A stretch of 64,000 nucleotides of DNA from Octopus vulgaris (taxonomy: Eukaryota): assembly GCA_951406725.2 (NCBI GenBank), contig OX597815.1, forward strand, positions 169,012,001-169,076,000, given 5' to 3'. Shown piece after piece: positions 25,960 through 39,983 of the stretch. The position numbers were made by a program, and so were the translations under genes. Numbering within the stretch: the first letter of the stretch is position 1; the number at the start of each line of letters is the position of its first letter. The notes under the pieces were generated by a model, which did not search any database, was not told the DNA's origin, and saw only the letters and a program-made list of their open reading frames with translations.

Positions 25960-26430
25960 TCATCATCATCATTTAACATCTGTTGTCCATGCTGGAATGG
26001 GTTGGACAGTTTGACGAGCTGGGAAGCTGCACCAGACTCCAGTCTAATTTGACTTGATTTCTATGGGTGGATGCCCTTCCTAATGCCAACAGTGTGCACA
26101 GGTACTTATGTGGCGCTTCATGGGCTCTTTTATGTAGTACCACATGGGTGCTTTTACATGGCACCACATGGGTCTTTTCACATGGCACCACATAGATGCT
26201 TTTATGTGGCACCAAACAGGTGCTTTTACATGGCACCGCACAGGTGCTTTTACGTGACACTGCACAGGCACTTTACGTGGCATCATCATGAGTGCTTTGC
26301 AACACCAGAGGGGCTGATCTTCACACATCTGCTGCAGAGTATGGGTCTTCTTGGGTACAGCAAGGTACCAGGCATCTCTGTGGTTTGTCATCTTGCTCGA
26401 AAGGTTCAGTGTCCTGAGGTCATTCTTTGG
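25960..26430 (-). mobile_element. RTE-type 3' end with an internal ~24-bp tandem array
   Basis: Same tail as 19750-20195, with about 7 copies of GTGCTTTTACATGGCACCACAT at 26100-26285. Confidence 0.7.
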
Positions 26431-26850
26431 TGTATGTATATATATGTGTGTGCGTGTATACAATATCTAAGTTGGATATCTCTTTTTAACTGCTTTACTG
26501 CATTTAACCACTTTACATCCATTTTGGCACATTTAAAAAGTCCAAGTATATGATTACTGAATTAAACACAGCTAGAATATTTTATTTTACTATACATGAC
26601 AGAACTTTATTCAAGTAAGAATTTCTTGAATGACGAAAACTCATCTAAAAAAAGAAAAAGTAGGGTGGTATTAACCCCTTTACTGCAGAAAGCAGTTTTA
26701 TGTACCTGTCTGTCTTTTGTTTCAAACTATTTTATGTCAAATTTATTGAGAAAATACCAGTTCTATTTTTTAGTAGCTATTTAACATCTTGGCTAGAATA
26801 ACCATGAAATGTAATTTTGCAGCTCAAGACTGTCTTAGGTTTATATAATA

Positions 26851-27171
26851 CTAGCAGCAGTACCTGGCCTTGTGCAGGTTTATTAATACTAAAATACGTA
26901 CAATCACATGAATTCATTGTTTTGGATAAATAGTTTTTTAAAAAAATGTTAACAATCTTCAGTCTGAGAATATATATTTACTTTTATAAAAAATATCAGT
27001 CCCTGCCAAAAAAAACAAAAACAAAAAAAACTGTGACTTGTGACCTTGCTCTTTGAAAGAGGTGCAGCTATGCAAAATTTTGGTTGTCATGGTACATAAC
27101 AGTGCCTGTAACTTGAAGCATACATACAAAGATTCATACATACATACATTTTTTTTTTTTATATATTAAGA
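26851..27171 (-). mobile_element. Non-autonomous Helitron candidate
   Basis: On the minus strand: A|TCTTAATATATAAAA start and CTAG|T end with a degenerate hairpin. Confidence 0.55.
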
Positions 27172-27379
27172 TTAGTTAAGTAGTTGAAACTCTAACAGAA
27201 AAAGACTTCATTCAGGGTATAAATAAAGATATGTTTCTTGTAATTTAATACTTTGTAGCAAGCAACCAGTGGGTATAAAACAACTACTTCATGTATGCAC
27301 ATTTACTACTTGGCTATCAGTGTCTCTATACTGCTCTCTGCTTGTATATATGTGTGTGTTTATACATAACTGTCATAGA

Positions 27380-27885
27380 CACAGGCATGGCTGTGTTGTT
27401 AGGAAGCTTGCTTTCCACCATGTGGTCTTGGGTTCAGCACCCTGGCCAAGTGTCTTCTATAGCTCTGAGCTGACCAAAGCCTTGTAAGTGGACTTGGTAG
27501 ATGGAAACTGAAAGAAGCTTATTGTGTGTGTGTGTGTGTTACCTCTTAAAATCATGCGATAGTTGTAAATGTTAATTGCTGTCATGCAAATGGTGTCGCT
27601 CATTTCTAATCTTCCATGAAAACATGTCTGTTCTGGGGGAAATACTATCTCACTGGGAAACAGGTGATAGTTAGCAACAGGAAGGGCATCCAACCCCAGG
27701 CAACAGGAAGGGCATCCGACCCCAGGCAACAGGAAGGGCATCCAACCCCAGGCAACAGGAAGGGTATACAACCCCAGGCAACAGGAAGGGCATCCAACCC
27801 CAGAAAATCTGCTTCAACAAAATTCTGTCTGACCCATGCAAGCATGGATAAATGGACACTAAAATGACGATGAAGTTGATGATGA
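27380..27885 (+). mobile_element. SINE family D (family A head with RTE-type tail) containing a 26-bp x5 tandem array
   Basis: GCAACAGGAAGGGCATCCAACCCCAG repeated at 27674-27803. Related copies at 24805-25225, 55415-55820, 57780-58125 and 60850-61285. Confidence 0.75.
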
Positions 27886-28017
27886 TTGTCAAATATATCC
27901 TGATTTTTGTTTTAATACTCATTTTAACATGCTGCTATGAGGACAGAGCTGCAGTACAGTATATGATCACTTGATCCTACATTTTCTAGTTTGTCCTGGC
28001 ATTCTACAGTTCTATAT

Positions 28018-28350
28018 TTAAGCAGACTGAGTGCAGATATGAACAGCATATGGGAACCGGCATTAAGGAAGGATAGAAAACTATTAGATTTATAAACCCT
28101 AAAATTCACTCCACGGGCATATGGCACAGTGGTTAAGAGCGCAGGCTACTAACCCCAAGATTCCGAGTTCAATTCCAAACAGTGACCTGAACACTAACAA
28201 TAATAATAATAACATTAGCAATGAGAACCCAGGTTTGAAATTTCCCCAAGACACCTGAAGAAGGCTGGAGGGTATATCAGCCGAAATGTTGTGTTAACAA
28301 CAAACAAGATGAGGACAAATATCTATCAAATGTAAACAATGTAAATAATT
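28018..28350 (+). mobile_element. Penelope-like terminal repeat with tRNA-like head and hammerhead motif
   Basis: ORF end SRLSADMNSIWEPALRKDRKLLDL*, then A/B boxes (28115-28187), (TAA)n and a hammerhead core (28250-28295). A second copy is at 44930-45325. Confidence 0.65.
28250..28295 (+). ncRNA. Minimal type I hammerhead ribozyme motif (degenerate)
   Basis: Stem I GACAC/GTGTT, core CTGAAGA, stem II GGCTG/CAGCC, GAAA, vestigial stem III and a GTT triplet. Confidence 0.65.
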
Positions 28351-31300
28351 GTACTGGCATTGTTATGCGGTGCATTAAGGTGGTGAGTTGGCAGAGTCAT
28401 TAGCACACCAGGTGAAGTCCATCTTTACGTTCTGAGTTCAAATTCCGCCAGGGTCAGCTTTGCTTTTCATTCTTTTTGGGGTTAATAAAATGCATGCCAT
28501 TTGAACGCTGGGGTCAACTTGCCCCTTCCCCCAAAATTGCTGGCCTTGTACCAAAATTTGAAATCATTATTGCATACTGCATTAAGGTGGTGAGCTGGCA
28601 GAATAGTTAGCACACTGAGTGAAATGCTTAATGGCAATTTCTCCATCTTCACATTCTGAGTTCAAATTCTACTGGGGTCAATAGAATAAGTACCAGTTGA
28701 ATACTGGGGTCAATATAATTGGCTATCCTCTACGGAAATTACTGGCTTTGTGCCAAAATTTGAAACCTTTATTTTACAGTACATTCTTACCAGGGCTGTG
28801 GAGTCATTACCAATGGTAAACCATGCCCAGAGCAAGCCGCAAAAATGCATCCCTCCCTCCTAATTACAAAATCCATAATATTATATATTTATTTGTTACG
28901 AGTAATTAATGTTTTAAAGCAATATTTTAGGAATAAATCCTTTACTAGTTTTCATTTACCTGCCAGTTCAGTACAGCCTGTAATTCAAAATATATCTTTT
29001 TTAATGTTTACTTTTACGAAGCCCTTTTTGATGCCCTTTGTAAAAATGTCCTGACATGAATGTAGACATTCCATCATATTGTGTTTACCTTCAATAACAG
29101 CATAAAACGATATGCTGGAGATCCATTTTTACAATTGCAATTTTATAAATGAAGTTCAAGCTTATCGTGTTATGGTCCATTCTGCACCCCACCTTCAAGC
29201 AGCACCCAGGGCATGTGCCTCTCTTGCCCCCTACTCCAGTTACACTACTGGTTATTGCACAAAACCTTCAACCCCACTATATATATATATATATAATCAT
29301 CATCATCATCATTTAATGTCTGCTTTCCATGCTAGCATGGGTTGGACGATTTGACTGAGGACTGGCGAGCCAGATGGCTGCACCAAGCTCCAATCTGATC
29401 TGGCAGAGTTTCTACAGCTGGATGCCCTTCCTAATGCCAACCACTCCGAGAGTGTAGTGGGTGCTTTTACATGCCACCGGCATGAGGGCCAATCTGGCGA
29501 TACTACTGATTTTTCTACACCAAGGTTAACACACTGTAAATTAAACAAATATTAGATTGACTTAATTAAGTGAAATGCAGGTGTCTGTACATCAGGTGAC
29601 TAGTCTGGTGGCTGTGAAGTTACTGCTCGTAAGTTAGTGCAGATTGTAAGAGGTTCCCGACCATCAATGCCTGGAAAGTGGGGGTTCTACCTGTGCTTCT
29701 ATTTGTAATGAGGAATATATTTCTGACATTAATTTATTTGTTCTTTCTACTATAGACACAAAGCCTGAAATTTTGGATGAGGGGGTTTGTCATCAACGCC
29801 AGTGCTCGTTTTATTGACCCTGAAAGGAGGAAAGGCAAAGTTGAAATTGTAAACATAATAATACATGGTTGCTATGAACCATCAAGCTATTGTTCAACAC
29901 CCTAACTTTTTTAAGTTTTTATGCTGAAAGGCTCTAACTTGGCCATTCTGGCTTCTTTTTATATCATGAAAGAAGTTACAAATATTTAAGCTTGTTTCTC
30001 AACCACCCGGTACTGGGTTCAGTTCCACTGCATGGCACCTTGGGCAAGTGTCTTCTGCTATAGCCTCTGGCTGACCAAAACCTTTTGAGGGGATTTGGTA
30101 GACGGAGACTGAAAGAAGCTCGTCATGTGTGTGTGTGTGTGTCTGTGTTTGCAACCCCCCCCCCCACTTGACAACTGGTGTTGGTGTGTTTATGTCCCTG
30201 TAATTTAGTAGCTTGGCAAAACAAGACCAATAGAATAAGTACCAGGCTTAACAAAAAGTAAGTACTGAGGTTGATTCATCATCATCATCATCGTTTAACG
30301 TCCGCTTTCCATGCTAGCATGGGTTGGACGATTTTGACTGAGGGCTGGTGAACCAGATGGCTGCACCAGGCTCCAATCTTGAGAGAGTTTCTACAGCTGG
30401 ATGCCCTTCCTAATGCCAACTACTCCGAGAGTGTAGTGGGTGCTTTTTACATGCCACCGGCATAGGGGCCAGTCAGGCGGTACTGGCAATGACCTCGCTC
30501 GAATCTTTTTACACATGCCACCAACACAGGTGCCAGTAAAGCGACGTTGGTAACGATCACGCTCGAATGGTGCCCTTTTACGTGACACAGCACAGGGTCG
30601 ACTAAAAATATTTCCAGTCGGTGTTCCAGCATGGCTGCAGTTTAATGGCAGAAACAAGTAAAAGATAAAAAAAAAATAAAAGAAAGCATAGTAAAGTGGA
30701 TGTTGAATGATGATGATGATTTTAATTGACTTCAACACTAACAACCTAGCAAGTGTCCTGACCTCACAGCTGGTAGAATTGTATTGTAATTTCATTTACA
30801 GTAACTAATTATTATCTGTTGTAAAGTAAGATGTATTACGGTGTTTAAAAAAAAAAAAGCTAATTAATTAAATGTCTGAGATATTTTAAATAAGATTATG
30901 ACTTTGGAAACGAAAAGAATATTTGATATTCACAACATACTGCATTTCATTTCTGATTGCCATCAGATGTTTTATTTCAATGTGTATTTAATACCTGACA
31001 GAATTCAGTATAGCGATTACAATCTTATTAAATCTTCAGGCATACCTCAAATTATGTCATTTCAAGTTAGGTCTTTTTTGACTTTATGTCATTTTTTAAG
31101 AAATTAATGGGAAAAATAAACCAACTCCAGCTGATTTATCTGACTTTATGTTGGTCTCAATGAACTTATTTAAAATAAAATTTTAAAAGACACCTAAATA
31201 CCAGTACTGAAGTGGAAAATGAAATAAAATACGCGTGAGAATATGTACAAACCATTTATTAAACAGGTATGAGCTAATAAATTTTTTTAAATGTTTTCCC

Positions 31301-31394
31301 ATGATATACCATTTTTAAGTAAAGTCACATGTCTTAGAACCAATTACTGTTGTAAATGAGGTATACCTGTTGAAAAGCCATATAATAATCTTTT

Positions 31395-31598
31395 CTACTT
31401 TAGGCACAAGGCCCGAAATTTTTGGGAAGGGGGCCAGTCGATTAGATCGACCCCAGTATGCAACTAGTACTTAATTTATCGACCCTGAAAGGATGAAAAG
31501 CAAAGTCAACCTCAGCGGTTGAACTCGGAATGTAAAGAAAGGCGAAATACCACTAAGCATTTCGCCCAGTGTGCTCTTTCTGCCAGCTCATTGCCTTA
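31395..31598 (-). mobile_element. tRNA-derived SINE family B (Meta-like central domain)
   Basis: Family consensus B box GAGTTCAAATTCC and domain GACTTTGCCTTTCATCCTTTCGGGGTCGATAAAATAAGTACCAG. Copies at 6630-6775, 10520-10680, 23820-23985, 28377-28765, 35720-36370 and 52737-52920. Confidence 0.8.
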
Positions 31599-31914
31599 AA
31601 GCCATGTAATAATAATACTCAAAGATGTTGAATTCACTATAAATATGAATTTATTTCATGAGGCTTAAATTTTTGTCATACAACTTCAATTTGGTCACTG
31701 ACACAGATCAAGGTATTGTGCAATGAAAATTTTGACACTTTCATTGTTTAAATGTCCATCTTCGCATGCTTGTGTGGGCTAGGTGGAATTTGTTGAGACA
31801 TGTTTTCTATGGTTAGATGCCTCTTTCCTGTTTCCAAGGAGGTAAGGTTCATTTTATTCAAAATATGGAAAGGAATATAATTTTGCAAAAAAGGGGAGAG
31901 AGAGAAAGAAAGCA

Positions 31915-32370
31915 TTAATGCAGCACCAAGTGCTTCAGTTGGTCACACCACCTGGTTCAACAGAACCTACTGAAAGTAGCCAACACACTCATGGCATTAC
32001 CATGGACAATGGCCTGAGGCTAAGGCTTTGGAAAAGCCAAGCGCCCTCATGGGCATCACCTGACACCTTGGTAAGGTGAGCTGCCAATGATGACAAGAAC
32101 TTTGCAAGGTTTGGAGGGAGTGGGTCACTAATGGCAAACACCATAAGGCTGGAAGAGATAGTCCCTGCCAAGTTCCGGTACTTCAGGGTTTTGTTCCATT
32201 TGGCTATGGATGCAGTGACCCTCCCACTTACTGCAGCATCCAGGATGTGAGAGGAAGCAAAAGCATTACATACTGTGACATCCCAGATGAAGTGCCTACC
32301 TCTTACCCAGGGACTTAGGGTAAGAGCATCTGGTCTCTTCCCGTCACTTCTGGATAATCCCACCATCTCC
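31915..32370 (-). mobile_element. 3' fragment of the CRE-like element (RLE domain)
   Basis: GLSRSDGKRPDALTLSPWVRGRHFIWDVTVC...KTLKYRNL, with a 3' end shared with 8130-8175. Confidence 0.85.
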
Positions 32371-33775
32371 TATTTCCCAATGTCCAAACATCTATCATAG
32401 AAGATTGAAAGTAAAAGGCATGCTTCCATGACAGTGGCACTTGCTTACAGCTATCATGTGCTGTCAAGTCAAGGAGACAGTAACATATGTGCGCACACAC
32501 ATATTTGATGGGCTTCTTTCAGTTTCTGTCTACCAAATCCATTAATAAGGCTTTGGTTAGCTTGAGGCTATAGTAAAAGCTACTTGCCAAAGGTACCATG
32601 CAGTGGGACTGAACCTGAAACCATGTGGCTGGGAAGCAAAACTTTTTACCATGTGGCCTTGTGAAATAAATTAAAATTTGGAGTGAATTTAACAGCTTTA
32701 TGCGTTATTATGTGGGTCTTCCACAATATAGTAATTTCAATTTCAATAATGTTTTTCAAGTTTTTTTTTTATTCATTAGCATGGAAAAAATGTGTAGTAT
32801 CCTCAAAACCCCTTCATTTTCAGTCTCTCCTAGATGGAGAGATAATGATATGAGAAGAGAAGCTTAGTATGATTAATGTTTTTTTTTAATTGATGCAGAT
32901 TAAAGTTAGAGGTTAAATTTGAATGCGAAGGAGTTTTTATGAAGAATTCAGTACAGCAGTTACCATATTTGATAGTATAAAAGATAGATGGACATATTAA
33001 ATACGCCCTAATTTCAGTAGCACATGTTCAGGGAAAAATGTTTTTAATGCATTAAAGCATGTGATATAGGCCCCACTTAGTATATAGAACGCAGGGTGAT
33101 TTTGTTTGGAGATATTTTCTTGGGAAAAAAGGGACATCTTATTTGCTATCAAATCCAGTAATGTAGAGTGCAATGAGAGATGGAAAGTTGATCGAGAGAT
33201 CCCTTAAATTGGTTTAGTTAAAGGTGGTTTAAAATTTTATTTTCTTAGTCACACAAGGAATTATATTTCATTAGTTATCAATTTTTAAGTCTTTTTATTC
33301 GTATTTTGCAAGGTAATGTGAGTGAGATTGTATTTCATGTTTGCATTTTGTTGAAGTAAATGTTTTCACATTTGATTCTTTGTGTAACTGCTAACCACTT
33401 GATCATAACAGGATGTTTTAGCTAGTTAGATTGAGGTTGGCAGAGTAATGTACCTTGCCTTGAAATTGTGACTTGTCAACTTCTCCAGTACTCTTTTAAC
33501 TATAAAAAAGGTGTAAAAAACGAACTTAGGAATGTATTTGTGTGCAGTTAAAAAACTAGTAATTTATGATTTATTTAAGAAACAAAATAAATCTGTATTA
33601 ATTCATAGGCATCTCACCTTCTGGTTATACAAACCTTTTGAAAAAATGTAATTGTTTTTATTGTCAATAGTAGTTTGTGTTTTGTTTATATTTATGTTAT
33701 ATGAAGGTAGTAGAACGAATTGTGTTGATAATTTTTGTCTATTTGAGGTTGATAGTGTCCTGGTTATGACTTTAA

Positions 33776-33996
33776 CCCTTTAGCATTTAGATTATTCTGT
33801 CAAATGTAATGCTTATCAATGCATATTGTTTTGAATTAAACATGCATTTTCGTGTAGCTTCAAGATTTCAATGATGCAATTGTTTATTTGTAAGAATGGC
33901 ATTATAGGGTCTGTGTGAGAGGTTGGATCTGGCCAATTTGAACATAAAACAAGTAGAACATTTCAGCTGGATATGACCTGTTTAAATGCTTAAGGG
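33776..33996. mobile_element. piggyBac-type MITE
   Basis: TTAA|CCCTTTAGCATTT...AAATGCTTAAGGG|TTAA. Confidence 0.85.
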
Positions 33997-34551
33997 TTAA
34001 ACTGTATCCAATAGCAGATCATTGGTTCAGGACTTCTTGGGTTTTGAAAAGTGTGGAACCACCTCTTAGCCACTCCTCTATTGTTCACAGGCCTGCTCTG
34101 ACTTGATAGCATCTATCAGGGTCCCAGCTATGGATAAATAGGAAGCCAGAGTACACTGAAATCATGGGATGCAGCATGATGGATATGGACTATTTTGGCA
34201 AATGAACTTATTAGAATCAATGGTGAATATCACTAGTTGCTGAGCGGGTGAACAGACAATGAACTGTCTATTGCCTGGATCAACCAGTTCAGTTAGTGAA
34301 CTACTGCTATCACCTGTAGTCATGGTGGTGTGCACAGGTGAGATACTTCAGCTTAGCAAAAAAAACCAATATGGTTTATTGTTCCAGGCAAGTTACCCAG
34401 TTCGGATTCAAGATTGACAAAATAAGTACTGAGCACGTTTTGGGACTAATTCAATTAACTCTTCTCCTTCCTTACAAATGTATCAGTTTAAGAACATTTT
34501 ACCTTTGTATCAGTATAAGAATTTATTTATGCTATATGCTTCTTGACAAAA

Positions 34552-34723
34552 CTCTCTCTTTTACTCTTCTACTTGTTTCAGTCATTTGACTGTGGCCATG
34601 CTGGAGCACCGCCTTTAGTCGAGCAAATCGACCCCAGGACTTATTCTTTGCAAGCCTAGTACTTATTCTATTGGTTGTCAAGCAATGTTGGAGGGACAAA
34701 CACAGACACACAAACATATACAC

Positions 34724-34758
<35 letters not shown>

Positions 34759-34923
34759 CGACGGGCTTCTTTCAGTTTCCGTCTACCAAATCCACTCACA
34801 AGGCTTTGGTCAGCCCGAGGCTATAGTAGAAGACATTTGCCCAAGATGCCACACAGTGGGACTGAAACCGGAACCATGTGGGTGGTAAGCAAGCTACTTA
34901 CCACATAGCCATGCTTACGCCTG
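34552..34923 (-). mobile_element. Family A SINE
   Basis: Same head, CORE-like segment and tail. Confidence 0.85.
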
Positions 34924-37204
34924 AAATATTATATTGATAGTAACCACCAAATATATTCCAAGTTATATTTTAGTAACCAGTAAACCTATTTTCATCACTG
35001 ATTGAGGCTAGATATACAGTGAACAAACCTTTTGGTATTGTAAACTTTTTGTTTTTAGTTTGTTTAAGGCTTGTACAGCCTAGCCTTTTATCTCTTGTGT
35101 AGTAATTAGCACAGTGATAACAAACTACTTCAAAGTCCATGGTTTTAAACATGTTGCCATCACAAAGTACACTCACCACTCACCTGAATTTTATCCAAAA
35201 ATAATTATCAGTTTTCTTGAGTATTTTCTGTGTTGGTGCTAACATGGTTGTGTGGTTAAGAAGTTCACTTTGCAGCCTTGTGGTTTCAGGTTCAGTCCTC
35301 ACTGTGCTGCATCTTGGGCAAATGCAGTTCTCTTAGAGCCCCAGGCCAACCAATGCCTAATAAATGAATTTGATTGATGTGTATGTGTGTGTGTCTGTGT
35401 GTGTGTATGCCTGTGTGTATGTATGTCTGTGTGTATGTCTGTCTGTGTGTATGTATGTCTATGATTTGTATGTATGTATGTCTGTCTGTGTGATTTGTAT
35501 GTATGTGTGTGTGCATCTTTGTTTTTGTCCCCTTGCTGCTTGATGACTGCTGTTGGTTTCTTTACATTCTTTTAGTAGTTTGGCAAAAAGAAATTCTTAG
35601 AATAAGTACCAGGCTTAAAATAAAAACGGGGTCAATTTAATCAACATAGCCCTTCTAGGCAGTTTCTCAGCATGGCCACAGTCCAATGATCGAAATGAGT
35701 AAAACTGATACAATAATGATTTCGAATTTTGTCACAGGGCCAGTACCTCAACTAGTACTTATTTTATCAACCCTAAAAGGATGACTGGCAAAGTGGACCT
35801 TGGTGGAATTTGAACTCAGAATGTGAAGACAGACGAAATGCTGTCAAGCATTTTGCTTGGTGTGCTAATGATTCTTATTTCGTTATTGCCCACAAGGGGT
35901 TAAACATAGAGGGGACAAACAAGGACAGATAAAGGGATTAAGTTGATTACATCTACCCCAGTGCGTAACTGGTACTTAATTTATCGACCTCGAAAGGATT
36001 AAAGGCAAAGTCGACCTCGGCGGAATTTGAACTCAGAACATAACGGCAGATGAAATACGGCTACTCATTTCGCCCGGCGTGCTAACGTTTCTGCCAGCTT
36101 GCCACCTTGGTGTGCTAATGACTCTGCCAGCTTGCCATCTTTACAGTGTTATAATAGTTTTTTCAACTAAAGACACAAAACCTGAAATTTTGTGGGAGGG
36201 GACTAGTCGATTACATTGTCCCCCCCCCTCAGTCCTCCACTAGTAAACTGGTACTTATTTTATCGACCCTGAAGACAGAGTTGAACTTGACGGAATTTGA
36301 ACTTAGAACATAAAGGTGTTGCTAAGAATTCTGCTTGGTGTGCTAATGATTCTGTCAGCTCGTCGTCTTTACAGTGTCACAATAAAAGGATCAAAGCTCT
36401 TACAGAGCTACTTCACAACCTGATGGGACATCAACTCCTGCATTCAGAGACAGAGGACAGCACCACTCTCAATATGTGGACGGAAGTGCAGGTATGGCTG
36501 TGTGTTAAGAAGTTTGCTTCACAACCACATGGTTCTGGGTTCAGTCTCACTGTGTGGTACTTTGTGAGCAAGTGTCTTCAAAGCCAAAGCCTAGTGAGTG
36601 GATTTGGTAGGCAGAAACTGTCATGTGTGTCTGTGTGTGTGTATGTATTTGTTTGTGTGTGTGTGTGTTTCTGACTTTGTGTCTGTTTGTCCCACCCTCC
36701 CATTGCTTGACAACTGGTGTTGGTATGTTTACATTCTCATAACTTAGCGGTTCAGCAAAAGACCAATAGAATAAGTACCAGGCTTAAAAAAAAAGAAGTT
36801 CTGGGGTTGATATATTCAACTGAAAATTCTTCAAGGCAGTGCTCCAGCATGGCCACAGCCTAATGATTGAAACAAGTGAAAGATAAAAGGTAAAATAAAA
36901 CATGGTATATAGTGAAAACATTCAAACATCATCACTATCTTTCCAGATTGTACTGAATTTCACATCAAAATTTTGGTCCTCCAAAATCTTCTTGGTGTAT
37001 AAGGTGACTTACCTATTTTGGTTGTAAATGTTGGTCAGAAAATTTGCTATTTTGTATGGAGAAAATGTTTTGAGGGGCTTCCCTCGGTCTGTACTATTTT
37101 CCCCAAACGAGATTTATGTGATAAATTTGTGAACTCTTCATCTAATTAACGTATCAGTTTTTATTTACAATAGAGATTTTCTTGGACACTCGCATGCACA
37201 CACA

Positions 37205-37429
37205 CCATATTTTTCAGCATACAAATCAGCATAGTATATAATATAAACATGTAGTGCAAACATTCAAACATTGTCACTATCTTTCCAAATCCTTTTGCAT
37301 TTCTCATGGAACTTTTGGTTCTTTAAAGTTGTCTTGGGATATAAGTCAACCTATCCCTCACCACCTTTTTTTTTTTTTTTGCCATTAATTGTGGTCTGAG
37401 AAATTCAACTTGTATACTGGAAAATATGG
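37205..37429. mobile_element. pogo/mariner-like MITE with an adjacent partial copy (36900-37070)
   Basis: CCATATTTT...AAAATATGG|TA termini. A similar element lies at ~32964-33158. Confidence 0.5.
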
Positions 37430-37497
37430 TACATTCAGAATCCCTTTCATGTAAGCTTTCTCATAACTGAACAACTCTTACAGGAAAATTATATAAA

Positions 37498-37915
37498 TAG
37501 GCACAGGCATGGCTATGTGGTAAGAAGCTTGCTTCCCAACCATATGGTTCTGAGTTCAGTCCCACTGCATGGTACCTTAGGTGAACATCTACTATAGCCT
37601 TGGGCCAACCAAAAGTCTTGTGAGTGGATTTGGCAGACAGAAACTGAAATAAGCCCATCATATATATATATATATATGTGTGTGAGTGTGTATTTAGGTG
37701 TTTGTGTCTGTGTTTATTTCCCTACCATCATTTGACAACCGATGTTGGTATGGTTATGTCCCCATAACTTAGCAGTTCAGCAAAAAAGACCAATAGAGTA
37801 AGTACTAGGTTTACAAAGAATAAGTCCTGGGGGCGATTTCTTTGACTAAAACCCCCTAAGGCTGTACTCCAGCATGGCCAAAGGCTAATGACTAAAATAT
37901 GCAAAAGAATAAAAA
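37498..37915 (+). mobile_element. Family A SINE
   Basis: Full-length, CpG-decayed copy. Similar + strand copies at 211-577, 35237-35705, 36488-36895, 43618-43875 and 63636-64000. Confidence 0.85.
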
Positions 37916-38449
37916 GAAATCTAAAAGAAGAGAAAATGATTTCAATTTAGCAGTAGGAGCATTTGTTTTCATGTTACAGTTTGTATGTAAGGCGTTACGT
38001 TATCAAATATGGTGATTGTCACAGCTAGCCGTGTGGGTTGGATGAATATATTTTTTCCCTCTGCTTCAGGTACAAGATCTGAAAATAAGTAGGAAGCGAC
38101 TAGTTGATTACATCACCCCCAATGCTTAGTTAGTAGTTATTTTATCAGCCCTGAGAGGATGATAGGCTAAGTTGACTGGTGGAATTTGAACCCAGACTGT
38201 AAAGCCAGAAGAAATGCCGATTAGTATTTTGTTTAGTGTGCTAACGATTATGCCATGGTTGGATAGAATGAACATTGTTCATATCTTGTTACTGCTATTG
38301 AACTATGTTCTTCAGTTCCGAAGAAGTATAATTCATCTATGTAACCAATAGATCCATTGCATAATTGATGACTGTTTTGTGTTAGCATGATGTCTTATGC
38401 TTAATTTTCTCATATCTTGTATAAAGAGTATATCCTCACAAAAAGTTTT

Positions 38450-38735
38450 CACACACAAGCAGACAGACACACACACACACAAAGACATACACACGTGCGC
38501 AAAGACATGCTCACACACACTCGCAAAGACACACGCACACACACTCGCAAAGACACACACACATACACGCAAAGACTCACACTCATACAAGCAAAGACAC
38601 ACACATACACACAAAAACTCACACATATACAAAAACTCACACACACACACAAAATTTCACACACACATACACACGCAAAAAGTCACACACACACACAGAA
38701 AAAGTCACACATAACAAAGACTCGTACACACACAC
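38450..38735. repeat. CA-rich minisatellite (CACACGCAAAGA-like units)
   Basis: Direct reading. Confidence 0.85.
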
Positions 38736-39586
38736 ATGGCAGGCTTCTTTCAGTTTCTGTCTACCAAATCCACTCACAAGGCTTTGGTAGGCCTGACGGA
38801 GCCATGAGGTTGGGAAGCAAGCTTCTTACCACACGGCCTATACTAAATTCTATAATTATTTTGCAATTTTAAATTAAACAGTTTTCTGCTGCAGAGATTT
38901 CCAGACAGTATGAAAAGAAAAAAGAAAAGCCTCCTTAGTTAGCATTCTTACTTATCATACAAGGAGTGGTACTTGGCTATTCGTGAACTTTGTCCTAGTT
39001 ATGTATTCTCTGTCATATTTCTATTGATTTGGTAACAGCTGTCATTAAGCGAAACTCTTAAATATGAAATTCAAAAGATAACTGAAAGGTTGATAGTAAA
39101 ACTCATAGTTTTTAAAATGGGGACTATATTTAACTCTTTGACATTTCAACCATTCATATCTGGCTCAAATATTCTACCTGTTTTATGTTCAAACAATATC
39201 TTATCTCTTATACCTACCTTACGATGTCATTTTGAAAAAATAAATAATCACTTGGAAGTCTTAAAACTACAGGATAGTGCATAATTAATTCAAAACAATG
39301 TGAATAGATAAGTATTAAGTATTATTTTTGAAATAGTAAATCTGAATGTTTAATGAGATAAGTCCTCAATTTCTAGTTAACATATGTAAACAAATGACAG
39401 AGTAGTCATATTCTGAATGTGAAACATAATACTAAAGTGCCAAACATGTTGTATCTGTCCAGTTTCCATTATCAAAGTACAGTAATCCTTCAACTACCGT
39501 GGGTGTTATGTTCCAACATACCCCATGATAGGTGGAAATCCATGAAATAGAAACAGTACTGTATTTTTATTTTTTTATTTTTATAA

Positions 39587-39983
39587 TTTACTCTTTTACT
39601 CTTTTACTTGTTTCAGTCATGTGACTGTGGCCATGCTGGAGCACTGCCTTTAGTCGAGCAAATCGACCCCGGGACTTATTCTTTGTAAACCCAGTACTTA
39701 TTCTATCGGTCTCTTTTGCCGAACTGCTAAGTGACGGGGACGTAACCACACCAGCATCGGTTGTCAATGCTAGGGGGACAAACACAGACACACAAACGCA
39801 CACACATATATATACATATATACGACAGGCTTCTTTCAGTTTCCGTCTACCAAATCCACTCACAAGGCATTGGTCGGCCCGGGGCTATAGCAGAAGACAC
39901 TTGCCCAAGATGTCACGCAGTAGGACTGAACCCGGAACCATGTGGTTGGTTAGCAAGCTACTTACCACACAGCCACTCCTGCA
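39587..39983 (-). mobile_element. Family A SINE (young, CpGs retained)
   Basis: Full-length copy close to the family consensus. Confidence 0.85.

Noticed and set aside
26100-27803. Short regular repeats (24 bp and 26 bp) as CRISPR-like arrays
   Set aside because: They are contiguous tandem units without unique spacers, lie inside retroposon tails in eukaryotic DNA, and no cas genes are present.
28115-28187. tRNA-Ser(ACT) gene
   Set aside because: The acceptor and anticodon stems are mismatched, there is no long variable arm, and it is embedded in a repeated element. Treated as a tRNA-derived head.
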